Source of the DNA: Lysobacterales bacterium PRO7
Lineage (GTDB): Bacteria; Pseudomonadota; Gammaproteobacteria; Xanthomonadales; Rhodanobacteraceae
NCBI GenBank assembly: GCA_021404785.1
Contig: QWHH01000001.1
Span: 156,760-220,759, forward strand
Length of the DNA: 64,000 bases
Direction: 5' to 3'
Each line of letters opens with the position of its first letter. Position 1 is the stretch's first letter. A program made the position numbers and the translations under genes. This document shows positions 8,148 through 17,728 of the stretch, in pieces. The notes below the pieces were generated by a model, which was given only the letters and a program-made list of their open reading frames with translations, ran no database searches and was not told where the DNA came from.

Positions 8148-11100
8148 ATGTCGTTGCGAATCGGAGTGGACTCCGCGCGTCTTGCCGCGCGGGGAGGAGT
8201 CGGGAGCGCGTTTTGTCTGCTGTCTTTCATCGCCGGACTGTCGGTTCCGGCACCCGCCCACGCCAGCGTGCAGTTGCAAGGCTTCGGGGTCACGCCATCC
8301 GGCCCGGGAATCAAGCCTGCCGCCACCGGTGCCGGCACACCCGCGCCGGTTCCGGCGACGTGGAGCGAACCGTTGCCATCGGCCGACGTGTATTCCGATT
8401 CGGTCGGCGCGACACCAGCAACCTATCGGACAGATGAGAGCGGTGCAGCGACGTATTCCGTGCCAATCTACGTGCCGCCGGGCACGGCGGGCCTCGTACC
8501 TGCGTTGTCGCTGGTGTACAACAACCGCGGCGCGAACGGCCCGATGGGACCGGGTTGGAGCCTGGGCGGCCTGTCGGCGATTTCGCGTTGTAAGAAGGCC
8601 ACCGAGTACGGCGATGGCGCCGGGCCGTTTCCTTCGGTCAATTTCGATGGCGTCGCCGCCGATCAAGCGTATTGCCTCGATGGCGCACGCCTGCTCGACC
8701 TGAACAATGGCGCGGGTAATTGTCCGGCCGGCCAGTCCGGCGACACCGCCCACGCGTTCGGCCTGGAACTGGATCCCGCCACGCGCGTGTGCGGCTATGC
8801 CAAGACCGGCATCACCGGCTACGCCTATTGGCTGGCGCAGCCCAAGGACGGCAGTTACCGCGTGTACGGCACGGGCGGCAATTCGGCGCTGGTCCACAAC
8901 GATGGGCAAGGCAACCCTGACGCCACCCAGTATTTCTCGTGGGCACTGAATCGTATTGCCGATACGACCGGCAATACGGTCGAGTTCAGCTACACGCAGA
9001 ACGCCGCCACCGGCGAGATGGATGTTGCCGAAGTCGACTACACCGGCAAGATGGCAATAAGCGGCGTACTCGCGGCCAGCCCGACGTTCACGCGCACGCC
9101 CTACGCGAAGGTCGTGTTTTCGTACGCGACGCTGCCGGCTGCCAGCCAGCGCATCGACTACGTGTCGGGCATGAAGCTCGCGCTCACGCAGCAGCTGACG
9201 ACCATCACGGTCAGCGGCCCATCCAACATCAACGGTGACATTGGCACGTCGCAGGTCGCGCGCACGTATCACCTGCGCTACGGCACGCCGACCGGCAGCG
9301 GTCTTTCGGCGCTGACCTCTTTGCAGGAGTGCGTGCCAAACGGCGCGGGCGAGGTGTGCTATCCACGCACGCAATTCACGTGGGACAACGCCAGCGTCCA
9401 TGCGCCCGGTTTTCCCGGCACGCCGTCCACGCAAAGCTATAGCGGTCTGCAATACGCGATCGACTACAAGGTCGGCGATGTGGATGGCGATGGCAGACAA
9501 GATTTAGTGTGGGTCAAGGATCAAAGCTGCGACAGCACGGGTTCCGGTGCCACGCGTTTCCAGATTTATGTGTCGCGCGCCACCGGCACCGGCTTTGCCA
9601 CGGCGGTCGCGACCGGCGTGTACCTGTCGCGTCCGCCGCAGACCGGCCAAGTCGCGCTGCCGACGTGCGGCGCCGACTGGCGTTCTTATCACTTCGATTC
9701 GCTGTGGTACCTGTACGATTTTTCCGGCGACGGCCGCGATGACCTGCTCGCCGCCAACGGCACGGCGTGGAACGGCACGGCGTGGACGGACATGACGTGG
9801 AAGATTTATCCGGCCATCGCCTCAGGTACGGATTACACCTTCGATCACGCCAATCCGGTTGCAACCGGAATTCCGTCATGGCCGAGCGACGACGGCCTGT
9901 TCCTCGACGAAAACGCCGATGGCCTGCCGGATCTGATGGATTCGACGGCGCAGGGCATCATCACCTCGCACCTGTTGCAAAAGCAGCCATCTGGCGCCGC
10001 GCTCACGTTCAATTTTTCCGCGACCGCGACGCCCGTCGTGTTCACCACGCCGGTGTTTGGCGGCAGCACCTCGACACAGGAACTGGGCTTTTCCACCGGC
10101 GCGGGCCGCGACGTGCTCAATGCCGATCTCAATGGAGACGGCGCCGCCGACATGGTGTTGAAGGTGACGCAGGATACCTGCGGGACGGGCGGCATGGCTC
10201 CCAGCGCCCTGACCGCGCAACCCACGTTCAGTCCGTCCTCGATCCCGGCTTCGCCAACCTGCCATACGCGCTGGTACACCTTCCGCAACGACGGCATTCA
10301 GGCCGATGGCCTGCACATGACCTACGAGACCTTTATCGGCGACACGCTGACGGTGCCGGACGACGGCAGTTTCATCAATCTGGTCGATCTCAACGGCGAC
10401 GGCCAGACGGATCTCGTCTACACCAAACTGGTCAGCGGCAACTACACGTATTACTACCGCCTCAACGCCGGCAAGTCCGGCGACGCGGCCGCGACCGAGC
10501 GCTTCCTGCCGGAACAATCCACCGGCCTGACGCTTTCCACGAACTACGCCGAGCGCGTGCAGTTTCTCGATGTCAACGGCGATCACAAAATCGACCTGCT
10601 GTACTGGGATGGCGTCAGCGACCCCAGCGGCACCTATCCGCTCAAGGCGATGCTGTGGGGCACGACGGGTTTCGGCAGCGCAGTCGATGTCGGAAATTTC
10701 ACGCTCAACGCGATGAACCCGCTGTCGACGCAATCGTTCCTGATGGACGTCAACGGCGATGGTGGCCCGGATATGGTGACTTACGCCGGCGGCAGCCTGT
10801 CCGTGTTCGGCTACGGCCCGGCCTTCGGTGGCAACGATTTCGTCACGTCGGTCGTCAATGGCTTGGGTGCCTCGACCGGCATCACGTATTACCCACTGGC
10901 GTATACGTCCGGTTATGCGCGCGCCTACGACGGCCCGGGAAAGAGTTGGGGCCGCGGCTCGCCGGTGTTCGACGTGTTCTCGGCGATCTGGGTGGTACAC
11001 AGAGCATCGAGCAGTGCGCCGCTGGCGGGAGATTCCACTGCATTTCCGTCGTCGAGTGCCGTCGTTTATCGCTACTCGGGCGCGAAGATTCAGGCGGGAG

Positions 11101-14100
11101 GACGCGGCTTCCTCGGCTTCGCCACCGTACAAGCCGAGAACCAGCAGCCGACGCAGGATACGTCCAAGTACCTCGTCACGACCACCGAGTACCGGCAGGA
11201 TTTTCCGTACATCGGCCGGCCCGATCACACGGTGGCAGAACTCGAATCGACGCTGCAACCCGATCCGTGCGTGAGCTCGCCAGGTGATTCGTGCTTCGTG
11301 CACAACCCGCCGCCCTGCGGCAGCCACGGCGTCATCTGCAACATTGCGCAGAGCGCTTCGATCGGAGTCGGTGGTCAGGTGTTGAGCGACGCGCAAGACG
11401 ACTACACGAGTACGCCGGCGTTTGCACCCGGCACTGTGCAGCCGCTGATGCCGTACCTGTCCAGTTCCGTCGAACAGAAGTTTGACGTCGCGACGCCTGG
11501 GGCATCGAGCCACGAGATCACAAGTTCCTTCGGCGAAGACATCTACGGCAACGTCACAAGTTCCTCGGTGATCAGCAGCGAGTCCGGTGTTACCGACGAG
11601 TCCAAGACGACAACGAACATCTACGGCTGCACGGTGTCGCCGCCGACGAAGAACTGTTCGACGCTCAGTACCGAATGGCAGCGACTCGGTCGCTTGTCGC
11701 TCAGCACGGTCACGAGCAGCCGGCCCGGACAGACCAATAACCTGCGCCGCGCCAGTTTCGAGTACGACCCGACGACTCTACTGCGCATCGCCGACATTCA
11801 AGGGCCTTACGACTCGACCGACGAACCGATCGTCAACGTCCTCAAGACGATGAGTCTGCGAACGGACCTCATTCGCGATGCTGATGGCAACGTGATTGAG
11901 CAGGTGCAGTGCAGCACCTATCACTTCGCCAATCGCGCGGCCTGCACGGATTTGACCAATTTTCAGCAACGCCAGTGGCAATCCGATCCGACCAAGATTC
12001 AGCGCTACGCCAAGTGGAGCTATGAATCGTTGGGACGCTTCGAGCTGTACAAGCTTGCACCATTCTATTCAGCGAGTGCGGCGAATAACACGGACGAGAA
12101 CATCGCCGAGTACGTCGGCATCGCCTTGTCCGGCAGTTCGCCGATGCGGGCGTTTACGCCGCAGGCGATTCTTCCCGTCGTCGTCAACCGCGACGTGTTC
12201 GGCAATCCGGCGAACAAGGTATCCGCCGCCGGCGATCAGTGGTCGATGGTGTATGGCACATTGGGCCGTGCGTATTTTGCCGAAGACGTAACCACTGGCG
12301 GCTTCTCGCGCACGACGTACACGTGGTGCAAGGATGCAAACAGCACCGACATTCCCGCCGCGGCGCCTCGCGCCAACTGCCCGGTCGGTGGCGTCTATCG
12401 CGTAACGACCGACAGCACCGCCAGCAGCACGTATGCGGGCCAGAGCATCGCGCCGACGACGTGGGCGTACTTCGACGTGCTCGGACGCGAGATATTGCGC
12501 ACCAAGCGCATCTACCAGCAAAGTGCTACCAGTAAGTTTCACTGGTCGAGCGTGGCCACGACCTACGACAGCACGGGCCGTAACGCGACGGTGTCCACGC
12601 CGTATCTTTCCATCGACCCGACGACGACGCAGACCGGCGTGGCATCCAGCCGCGCGGGCACATTGCAGACCGGCGCCAGCGCGCCAGGCACCGCGACCGC
12701 GACCTACGATGCAGTGGATCGGGCCACTGATCAAAGCCATCCGGAAGAGGCGGCGAACACGCCCAGCGATTCGACGTGGAATTATTCGACGTTGACCACG
12801 ACCGCAACCAATCCGCGCGGCTACAAAACGCAGCAGGTCAAGAACGCGCGCGACGAAGTCATGCAGATCGCCGCGCCGTTCGGCCAGAGCAATGCGCTGA
12901 CCGTCTCCTATGGCCGCGATGCGGTGGGCAATCTGACCAGCATTTCGCGCACGCCGGCGGACGGTAGTTCGGCCGGCCATCTCATTCAGACCTCGATGAT
13001 CTACGATCGTCTGGGCCGCAAGACCGGCATGACCGATCCGGACAAGGGCGGCTGGACATACAGCTACAACGCACTTGGCGAACCCGTCCAACAAATCGAC
13101 GCGAAGGGCCAGACGCAGAACCAGTACCGCGATGCGCTGGGCCGGCTGTATCTGCGCACGGAGAACCGGAGTAACGGCAGTGGCGGCTTCACCTCGGAGC
13201 CGTCTGGCGCGTGGGAGTTCGACACGGCGTTGCGCAGCGACGGATCGACGATTCTGGGCGTAATCCACAGCGAGTCCAACGGCATTGGCGGCTTCACGCG
13301 CACCACGGAATACAACGACTATGGCCGCGTGGATCACTCGGTCACGCAGATGGACGGATACTCGTATACCGAGCGTCAGACTTGGGATCAGTTCGGTCGT
13401 CCGTTCCAGCACTTCGACCCGAGCACCACGGTATCCAACGCGGGCGAACTGACGATCTACTCGACCGACGGCTATCCGATCCAGACCCAGGAAGCCGCCG
13501 ACAGCGTAAACGGCGTTTACTACGACACGGTGATCGCCCTGTCCGAACGCGGTCAGGTGACGGACGAGATTTTCCACAACAACGCGGCATTGGAGAGTAC
13601 ACGCACGTTCGATCACGCCACCGGGCGCGCCTTGACCATCGACGCGGGCAGCGGCGCGCTGCAGAACTGGAGCTACGACTACGATAAACACAGCAATGTG
13701 CTGTATCGGCTGAACCACGCGACCGGCTACAACCTGCGCGAGGACTTCACCTACGACAATCTGGATCGGCTGCAAACCGTGAAGCTGACGGTCAACGGCG
13801 CGGTGCAGGGCACGGTGACGAGCGCCTACGATCAACTGGGCAATCCCACCAGCCGGGGCAGCCAAAGCTGGACGTATGCCACGCTGGAAACCGGCTGCAC
13901 CCAATATGCCGGGCCGCACGCGGCGAGCAAACTCGGCAGCTCCACGTACTGCTACGACGCGAACGGCAATCAGACCACGGCCAACTACGGCGGCGGACAA
14001 ACCCGCACGATCACGTACACCGGCTACGACTTGCCGGCGCAGATTGCGACGAACGGCTACCCGAGCAATGCCACGGAAAGTTTTGCCTATGCGCCGGATC

Positions 14101-15725
14101 GCGGCATGTTCAAGCGCGTGGAAGGCATCACCGGCGGCACGAACGACAATATCTTCTGCAACGGCTTTGACACCACTACGAACACCTGTCCGAACACCGC
14201 GAGCAGTGCCGCGACGACGTACTACGTGGGCAACGTCGAGGCGCGCATCAGCGGCAGCAGCACGACGACCAAGCGCTATATCGGCGGCTACCTCGTCGTC
14301 ACCACGACGAACACGAATCCGACGCCGGTCTACGCCTACCTGTTCCGCGATGCGCTCGGCTCCATCGACGTGATTGCCAACGAACTGGCGCAAATACAGC
14401 AGCGGCAGAGCTTCGACGTGTGGGGCAATCGCAGAGACGCGAGCGCCAGCGGCGGCTGGGGCTTGCTGCCCACGGCCACGGCGGCGAGCTTCGATACCAG
14501 TCGAACCTTCCAGGGCTACACCGGACACCAGCAACTCGATCCGGTAGGCCTAGTTCACATGAAGGGCCGCCTCTACGATCCCCAACTGGGCCGGTTTATC
14601 CAAGCCGACCCGATGACGGAACGCGATCCCACGCAGGGGCTGAATCGCTACAGCTATGTCCTCAACAACCCGATGAGCCTCACAGACCCGAGCGGGGATC
14701 TCAGTTTTCGGCAAATACTTGGCATCGCGATCGCTGTTGTGGCAGCTTACTTCGGACAATACGAACTTTCGCGCGATGCGCTGGCGTGGAGCTTTGGTGT
14801 ATCGGTGGCCGGCGGCTTCCTGTCCGCCTACGTGGCGACGGGAAGTCTGAAAGCGGGACTGTGGGGCGCGTTTGCGGCTGGAGTATTCTGGGGCATCGGC
14901 ACGGCATTTTCGGACGTGGCCGGAGGACCCATGCAAGACGGCTCGGCCATGACGATGCGCTACAGCACGGGCAGCTTCGCGGCGAAGATCGCCGCGCATG
15001 CGGCTGGCGGCGGCGTCATCAGCAGCCTTGAAGGCGGTAATTTTGGATCGGGATTTTTGGCTGCCGGCGCGACAGAAGTATTGTCGCCAGCAATCGAGAA
15101 AATGGACAATGTGCCAGGGCAAATCATGGCTGCGGCTATGGTTGGTGGCACCGTCTCGAAGATAAGCGGGGGTCGATTTGCCACAGGTGCCGAAACTGCA
15201 CTATTTCAAGAATTGTTCAATCACGTTGTTCACAGCGCGATGCAGGAGGCATTAGCCAAGAACTATAGCGAGGACAAGCCTTACTACCATAGATACGGCG
15301 GCGAGGGCGAAGGCGACTGGGCAGTTTGCGTGCGCAGCGACGCGTGGTGCACTCAGCCCAACGGCTATGCAGCGTTGATCAATGGCTTTGCCTACCCTGG
15401 GCAGGATCACCCTGTCGAAGACGGTAGCAGTGAGGAAGTCTGGTTCGCTGGAGTAAGCGCTGGTCACATTTATACTTTTACCGAACCGGATACGTACTCA
15501 ATTTTCAATTTGACTGCTCCCGACCATATTTTCTACAGCGGCTACGTCTGGCGAAGCGTGGTATGGGAGGGTGACACCCTATACTTGCGGACATATGGCG
15601 AAGGTAATGATTCAGGTTTCTTGAGTTGGTTCGGCAACATGGAGCTTTGGAAACCTGGGTTTAATCAATACAACTACCAGTTCCGTTATCAGATGATCCA
15701 GAACTGGCTGAAGGAGCAACCATGA
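8148..15725 (+). CDS. rhs: Giant RHS/YD-repeat polymorphic toxin: signal peptide, SpvB-like domain, FG-GAP/VCBS repeats, RHS core, C-terminal payload
   Basis: GAATYSVPIYVPPGTAGLVPALSLVY, repeated GDVDGDGRQD/DLNGDG motifs, YDRLGR/YDQLGN repeats, GYTGHQQLD, GRFIQADP, NNPMSLTDPSG; RBS gagggg. Confidence 0.95.
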   Translation: MSLRIGVDSARLAARGGVGSAFCLLSFIAGLSVPAPAHASVQLQGFGVTPSGPGIKPAATGAGTPAPVPATWSEPLPSADVYSDSVGATPATYRTDESGAATYSVPIYVPPGTAGLVPALSLVYNNRGANGPMGPGWSLGGLSAISRCKKATEYGDGAGPFPSVNFDGVAADQAYCLDGARLLDLNNGAGNCPAGQSGDTAHAFGLELDPATRVCGYAKTGITGYAYWLAQPKDGSYRVYGTGGNSALVHNDGQGNPDATQYFSWALNRIADTTGNTVEFSYTQNAATGEMDVAEVDYTGKMAISGVLAASPTFTRTPYAKVVFSYATLPAASQRIDYVSGMKLALTQQLTTITVSGPSNINGDIGTSQVARTYHLRYGTPTGSGLSALTSLQECVPNGAGEVCYPRTQFTWDNASVHAPGFPGTPSTQSYSGLQYAIDYKVGDVDGDGRQDLVWVKDQSCDSTGSGATRFQIYVSRATGTGFATAVATGVYLSRPPQTGQVALPTCGADWRSYHFDSLWYLYDFSGDGRDDLLAANGTAWNGTAWTDMTWKIYPAIASGTDYTFDHANPVATGIPSWPSDDGLFLDENADGLPDLMDSTAQGIITSHLLQKQPSGAALTFNFSATATPVVFTTPVFGGSTSTQELGFSTGAGRDVLNADLNGDGAADMVLKVTQDTCGTGGMAPSALTAQPTFSPSSIPASPTCHTRWYTFRNDGIQADGLHMTYETFIGDTLTVPDDGSFINLVDLNGDGQTDLVYTKLVSGNYTYYYRLNAGKSGDAAATERFLPEQSTGLTLSTNYAERVQFLDVNGDHKIDLLYWDGVSDPSGTYPLKAMLWGTTGFGSAVDVGNFTLNAMNPLSTQSFLMDVNGDGGPDMVTYAGGSLSVFGYGPAFGGNDFVTSVVNGLGASTGITYYPLAYTSGYARAYDGPGKSWGRGSPVFDVFSAIWVVHRASSSAPLAGDSTAFPSSSAVVYRYSGAKIQAGGRGFLGFATVQAENQQPTQDTSKYLVTTTEYRQDFPYIGRPDHTVAELESTLQPDPCVSSPGDSCFVHNPPPCGSHGVICNIAQSASIGVGGQVLSDAQDDYTSTPAFAPGTVQPLMPYLSSSVEQKFDVATPGASSHEITSSFGEDIYGNVTSSSVISSESGVTDESKTTTNIYGCTVSPPTKNCSTLSTEWQRLGRLSLSTVTSSRPGQTNNLRRASFEYDPTTLLRIADIQGPYDSTDEPIVNVLKTMSLRTDLIRDADGNVIEQVQCSTYHFANRAACTDLTNFQQRQWQSDPTKIQRYAKWSYESLGRFELYKLAPFYSASAANNTDENIAEYVGIALSGSSPMRAFTPQAILPVVVNRDVFGNPANKVSAAGDQWSMVYGTLGRAYFAEDVTTGGFSRTTYTWCKDANSTDIPAAAPRANCPVGGVYRVTTDSTASSTYAGQSIAPTTWAYFDVLGREILRTKRIYQQSATSKFHWSSVATTYDSTGRNATVSTPYLSIDPTTTQTGVASSRAGTLQTGASAPGTATATYDAVDRATDQSHPEEAANTPSDSTWNYSTLTTTATNPRGYKTQQVKNARDEVMQIAAPFGQSNALTVSYGRDAVGNLTSISRTPADGSSAGHLIQTSMIYDRLGRKTGMTDPDKGGWTYSYNALGEPVQQIDAKGQTQNQYRDALGRLYLRTENRSNGSGGFTSEPSGAWEFDTALRSDGSTILGVIHSESNGIGGFTRTTEYNDYGRVDHSVTQMDGYSYTERQTWDQFGRPFQHFDPSTTVSNAGELTIYSTDGYPIQTQEAADSVNGVYYDTVIALSERGQVTDEIFHNNAALESTRTFDHATGRALTIDAGSGALQNWSYDYDKHSNVLYRLNHATGYNLREDFTYDNLDRLQTVKLTVNGAVQGTVTSAYDQLGNPTSRGSQSWTYATLETGCTQYAGPHAASKLGSSTYCYDANGNQTTANYGGGQTRTITYTGYDLPAQIATNGYPSNATESFAYAPDRGMFKRVEGITGGTNDNIFCNGFDTTTNTCPNTASSAATTYYVGNVEARISGSSTTTKRYIGGYLVVTTTNTNPTPVYAYLFRDALGSIDVIANELAQIQQRQSFDVWGNRRDASASGGWGLLPTATAASFDTSRTFQGYTGHQQLDPVGLVHMKGRLYDPQLGRFIQADPMTERDPTQGLNRYSYVLNNPMSLTDPSGDLSFRQILGIAIAVVAAYFGQYELSRDALAWSFGVSVAGGFLSAYVATGSLKAGLWGAFAAGVFWGIGTAFSDVAGGPMQDGSAMTMRYSTGSFAAKIAAHAAGGGVISSLEGGNFGSGFLAAGATEVLSPAIEKMDNVPGQIMAAAMVGGTVSKISGGRFATGAETALFQELFNHVVHSAMQEALAKNYSEDKPYYHRYGGEGEGDWAVCVRSDAWCTQPNGYAALINGFAYPGQDHPVEDGSSEEVWFAGVSAGHIYTFTEPDTYSIFNLTAPDHIFYSGYVWRSVVWEGDTLYLRTYGEGNDSGFLSWFGNMELWKPGFNQYNYQFRYQMIQNWLKEQP

Positions 15726-16471
15726 TGCGCATCGTGATTGCAGTCTTGTTGAGCCTTGCTATGAGCAGTTGCAGCAGCAAATCGTTTAACCCGGTAGCTC
15801 GATTCGATATTCGAGCATCAGATGTCGATCAAGCGAAGGTGATCGAGACCATGAAGAAATTTGCTGGCCGGGAAGGTTTCAAAATCTTTGCGAGAGACGA
15901 TATGCCTAAGCAAGGCCGCTTCGTATCTCAGCTCGATCTTCGGCGTGCCGACGGTGTTGCCGTAAGTACAAGCAATTTCATGAAGGCTGACACGCTTCAA
16001 ACTTTCTTCTACGCAGAAAAGCCCGGTGCGGACTGGCAACCCGTGAAGGTCGCATTGCAGCGCGAAATTGCCGCCGCCCTGGGTGGTCGCGGGAAGATCG
16101 TGGAGGTTCCAGTTAAATCAGCGCCTGCCCGAAGCAGTCCATCTACTGTCCTTGCTACGTTTCGTTTCCGCATTACGGATGGTCAGCAGTCTTCCTTATC
16201 CGCGGCGCTCAAAGCATTCGCGAATGCGAACGGGTTCAAAATGCGAAATTTTCCAAACAAGACCGGAAATGGCTTCACGGCAGAAATGTCGCGACAGGGC
16301 TTGCAAGTGATCATCGCCGATCCACTTGAACCGGAGATATTTGACATTTGGGTTGACGAAAACGGCAACGAGGCAGTGTCGGCGACGACAATTGAAGCGC
16401 TCTCGCGTTCCCTGAAGAGCGCGCTTGCGCAAGTTCCCGGTTACGCGGAATTGCCCGACAGGAATCCATGA
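15722..16471 (+). CDS. Candidate cognate immunity lipoprotein with an internally duplicated domain
   Basis: ATGA overlap with the rhs stop; lipobox-like LAMSSC; reduced GC. Confidence 0.7.
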   Translation: MMRIVIAVLLSLAMSSCSSKSFNPVARFDIRASDVDQAKVIETMKKFAGREGFKIFARDDMPKQGRFVSQLDLRRADGVAVSTSNFMKADTLQTFFYAEKPGADWQPVKVALQREIAAALGGRGKIVEVPVKSAPARSSPSTVLATFRFRITDGQQSSLSAALKAFANANGFKMRNFPNKTGNGFTAEMSRQGLQVIIADPLEPEIFDIWVDENGNEAVSATTIEALSRSLKSALAQVPGYAELPDRNP

Positions 16472-16672
16472 CTACATTTAGCCCCGTTGAGCGAATCTGG
16501 CAAGCTGAAGGCCCGATGCTCGACCGCTCATGGCGCTCGATGCGGATAGGGATGGAAAGTACACACTGACCTACCATTTGGCGGACGTTGTTCTGGTGAG
16601 CTGAGTCCAAAAATGTATTCCAGCGCAGTTGGCCTCAGAATTGGCCTAAAAGCGGAACGAGCATGTGCGCAC

Positions 16673-17182
16673 ATGAAGACGTTACCAAGAGTATTTCTTA
16701 GTATTCTGTTCTCAACCTTGGTCGCGGCGTGCGCGAGCATCGAAGCGACCGGGCATTTATTCGACGGACAGGTCGAGCGACGCGAAGGCTATGGAACGCT
16801 CGTACTATATAGGCCGCCACTATTTGTCGGGAGTGCTTGGTTTCCAACGGTCCGAATAAACGGGACGCCCGTGGCCAAGTTGGTGAGCGGCGGTTACACG
16901 TCCATCGCACTGCCACCAGGCCGGTACCACATTTCAGGGAACGGTCAATTCGATGATCTGTACGAAGCAGATTTTGCGATAAAGACGGACAGTACGACGT
17001 TTGCCGAATTCCAGTTCGATTTGCAAGGCAATGGAGGGGTGACGCCCATCGCTGGTGCTTTTGTGCCATCCGTGGGCGTGCAGATCAAAAGCATTCGATG
17101 GGTCGTGACTGAAGGGCCTGACGTGGCGCCTCCGGGGTTGGCCGACTGTCGATATTTCGACCCAATTGTTCGGGCCTTGTAG
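16673..17182 (+). CDS. DUF2846-like lipoprotein
   Basis: Lipobox LVAAC; LVLYRPP..G...VRINGTPVAKLVSGGYTSIALPPGRYHI. Confidence 0.75.
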   Translation: MKTLPRVFLSILFSTLVAACASIEATGHLFDGQVERREGYGTLVLYRPPLFVGSAWFPTVRINGTPVAKLVSGGYTSIALPPGRYHISGNGQFDDLYEADFAIKTDSTTFAEFQFDLQGNGGVTPIAGAFVPSVGVQIKSIRWVVTEGPDVAPPGLADCRYFDPIVRAL

Positions 17183-17229
17183 TTCGCGCTGAAAAATCGC
17201 GACATCCGAGGAAAAGAGGGGAGAAGGCC

Positions 17230-17658
17230 GTGCGCGTGACTTCGAGACTCTGTGACGTTGTTGCGCTGGCCGCGCTATTGGCAGGCTGCAGTCCATGCCA
17301 CGATCTAAAGGACGGCCCCGGTCTGCTCGGCGGAGGTTTTAAGGACCAGGAGATTTCACCTGGCCTTTTTGGGATTCTCGTGAAATCCGACGCGGCACTA
17401 TGGACGAACCGCGACGCTGTACGCGCGACTTGGTCACGACGCGCACACGAATTGTGCGGCGGCGATTACGTCGAGCTCGCGTCACAGGAACTTGACGAGA
17501 CGCTCAAACCGATCAACAGCGAAGTGTTGCGCGACCACGTATCGAGCCGAATCGCTTTCGCTCTGTGTAAGTCATCGAAATTGTCACAACAGGAAGCGTT
17601 GGATGTCATCGAACGGCTTGGCATGCTCCCCCCACCGCCGCGCGCGGCACCGATGTAA
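17230..17658 (+). CDS. Hypothetical lipoprotein
   Basis: GTG start after gagaagg; lipobox LLAGC; WSRRAHELCGG. Confidence 0.7.
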   Translation: MRVTSRLCDVVALAALLAGCSPCHDLKDGPGLLGGGFKDQEISPGLFGILVKSDAALWTNRDAVRATWSRRAHELCGGDYVELASQELDETLKPINSEVLRDHVSSRIAFALCKSSKLSQQEALDVIERLGMLPPPPRAAPM

Positions 17659-17728
17659 CGTAGTTACGTGCCCGGAGTTACGGCCTCTGCGACGCAAAAA
17701 AGCCAGGTAACGAGCGTTCCACGCACGA

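Noticed and set aside
8007-14534. Long minus-strand ORFs (8007-9500, 9876-11513, 12069-14534)
   Set aside because: Antisense shadows of the GC-rich rhs gene, with no recognisable motifs; the same applies to 39892-41652 and similar ORFs opposite cusA, the ATPase and trb genes
8148-15725. RHS protein as a type VI secretion effector
   Set aside because: No PAAR/DUF6531-type N-terminus and no vgrG, hcp or eagR nearby; it has a signal peptide and an SpvB-like start instead
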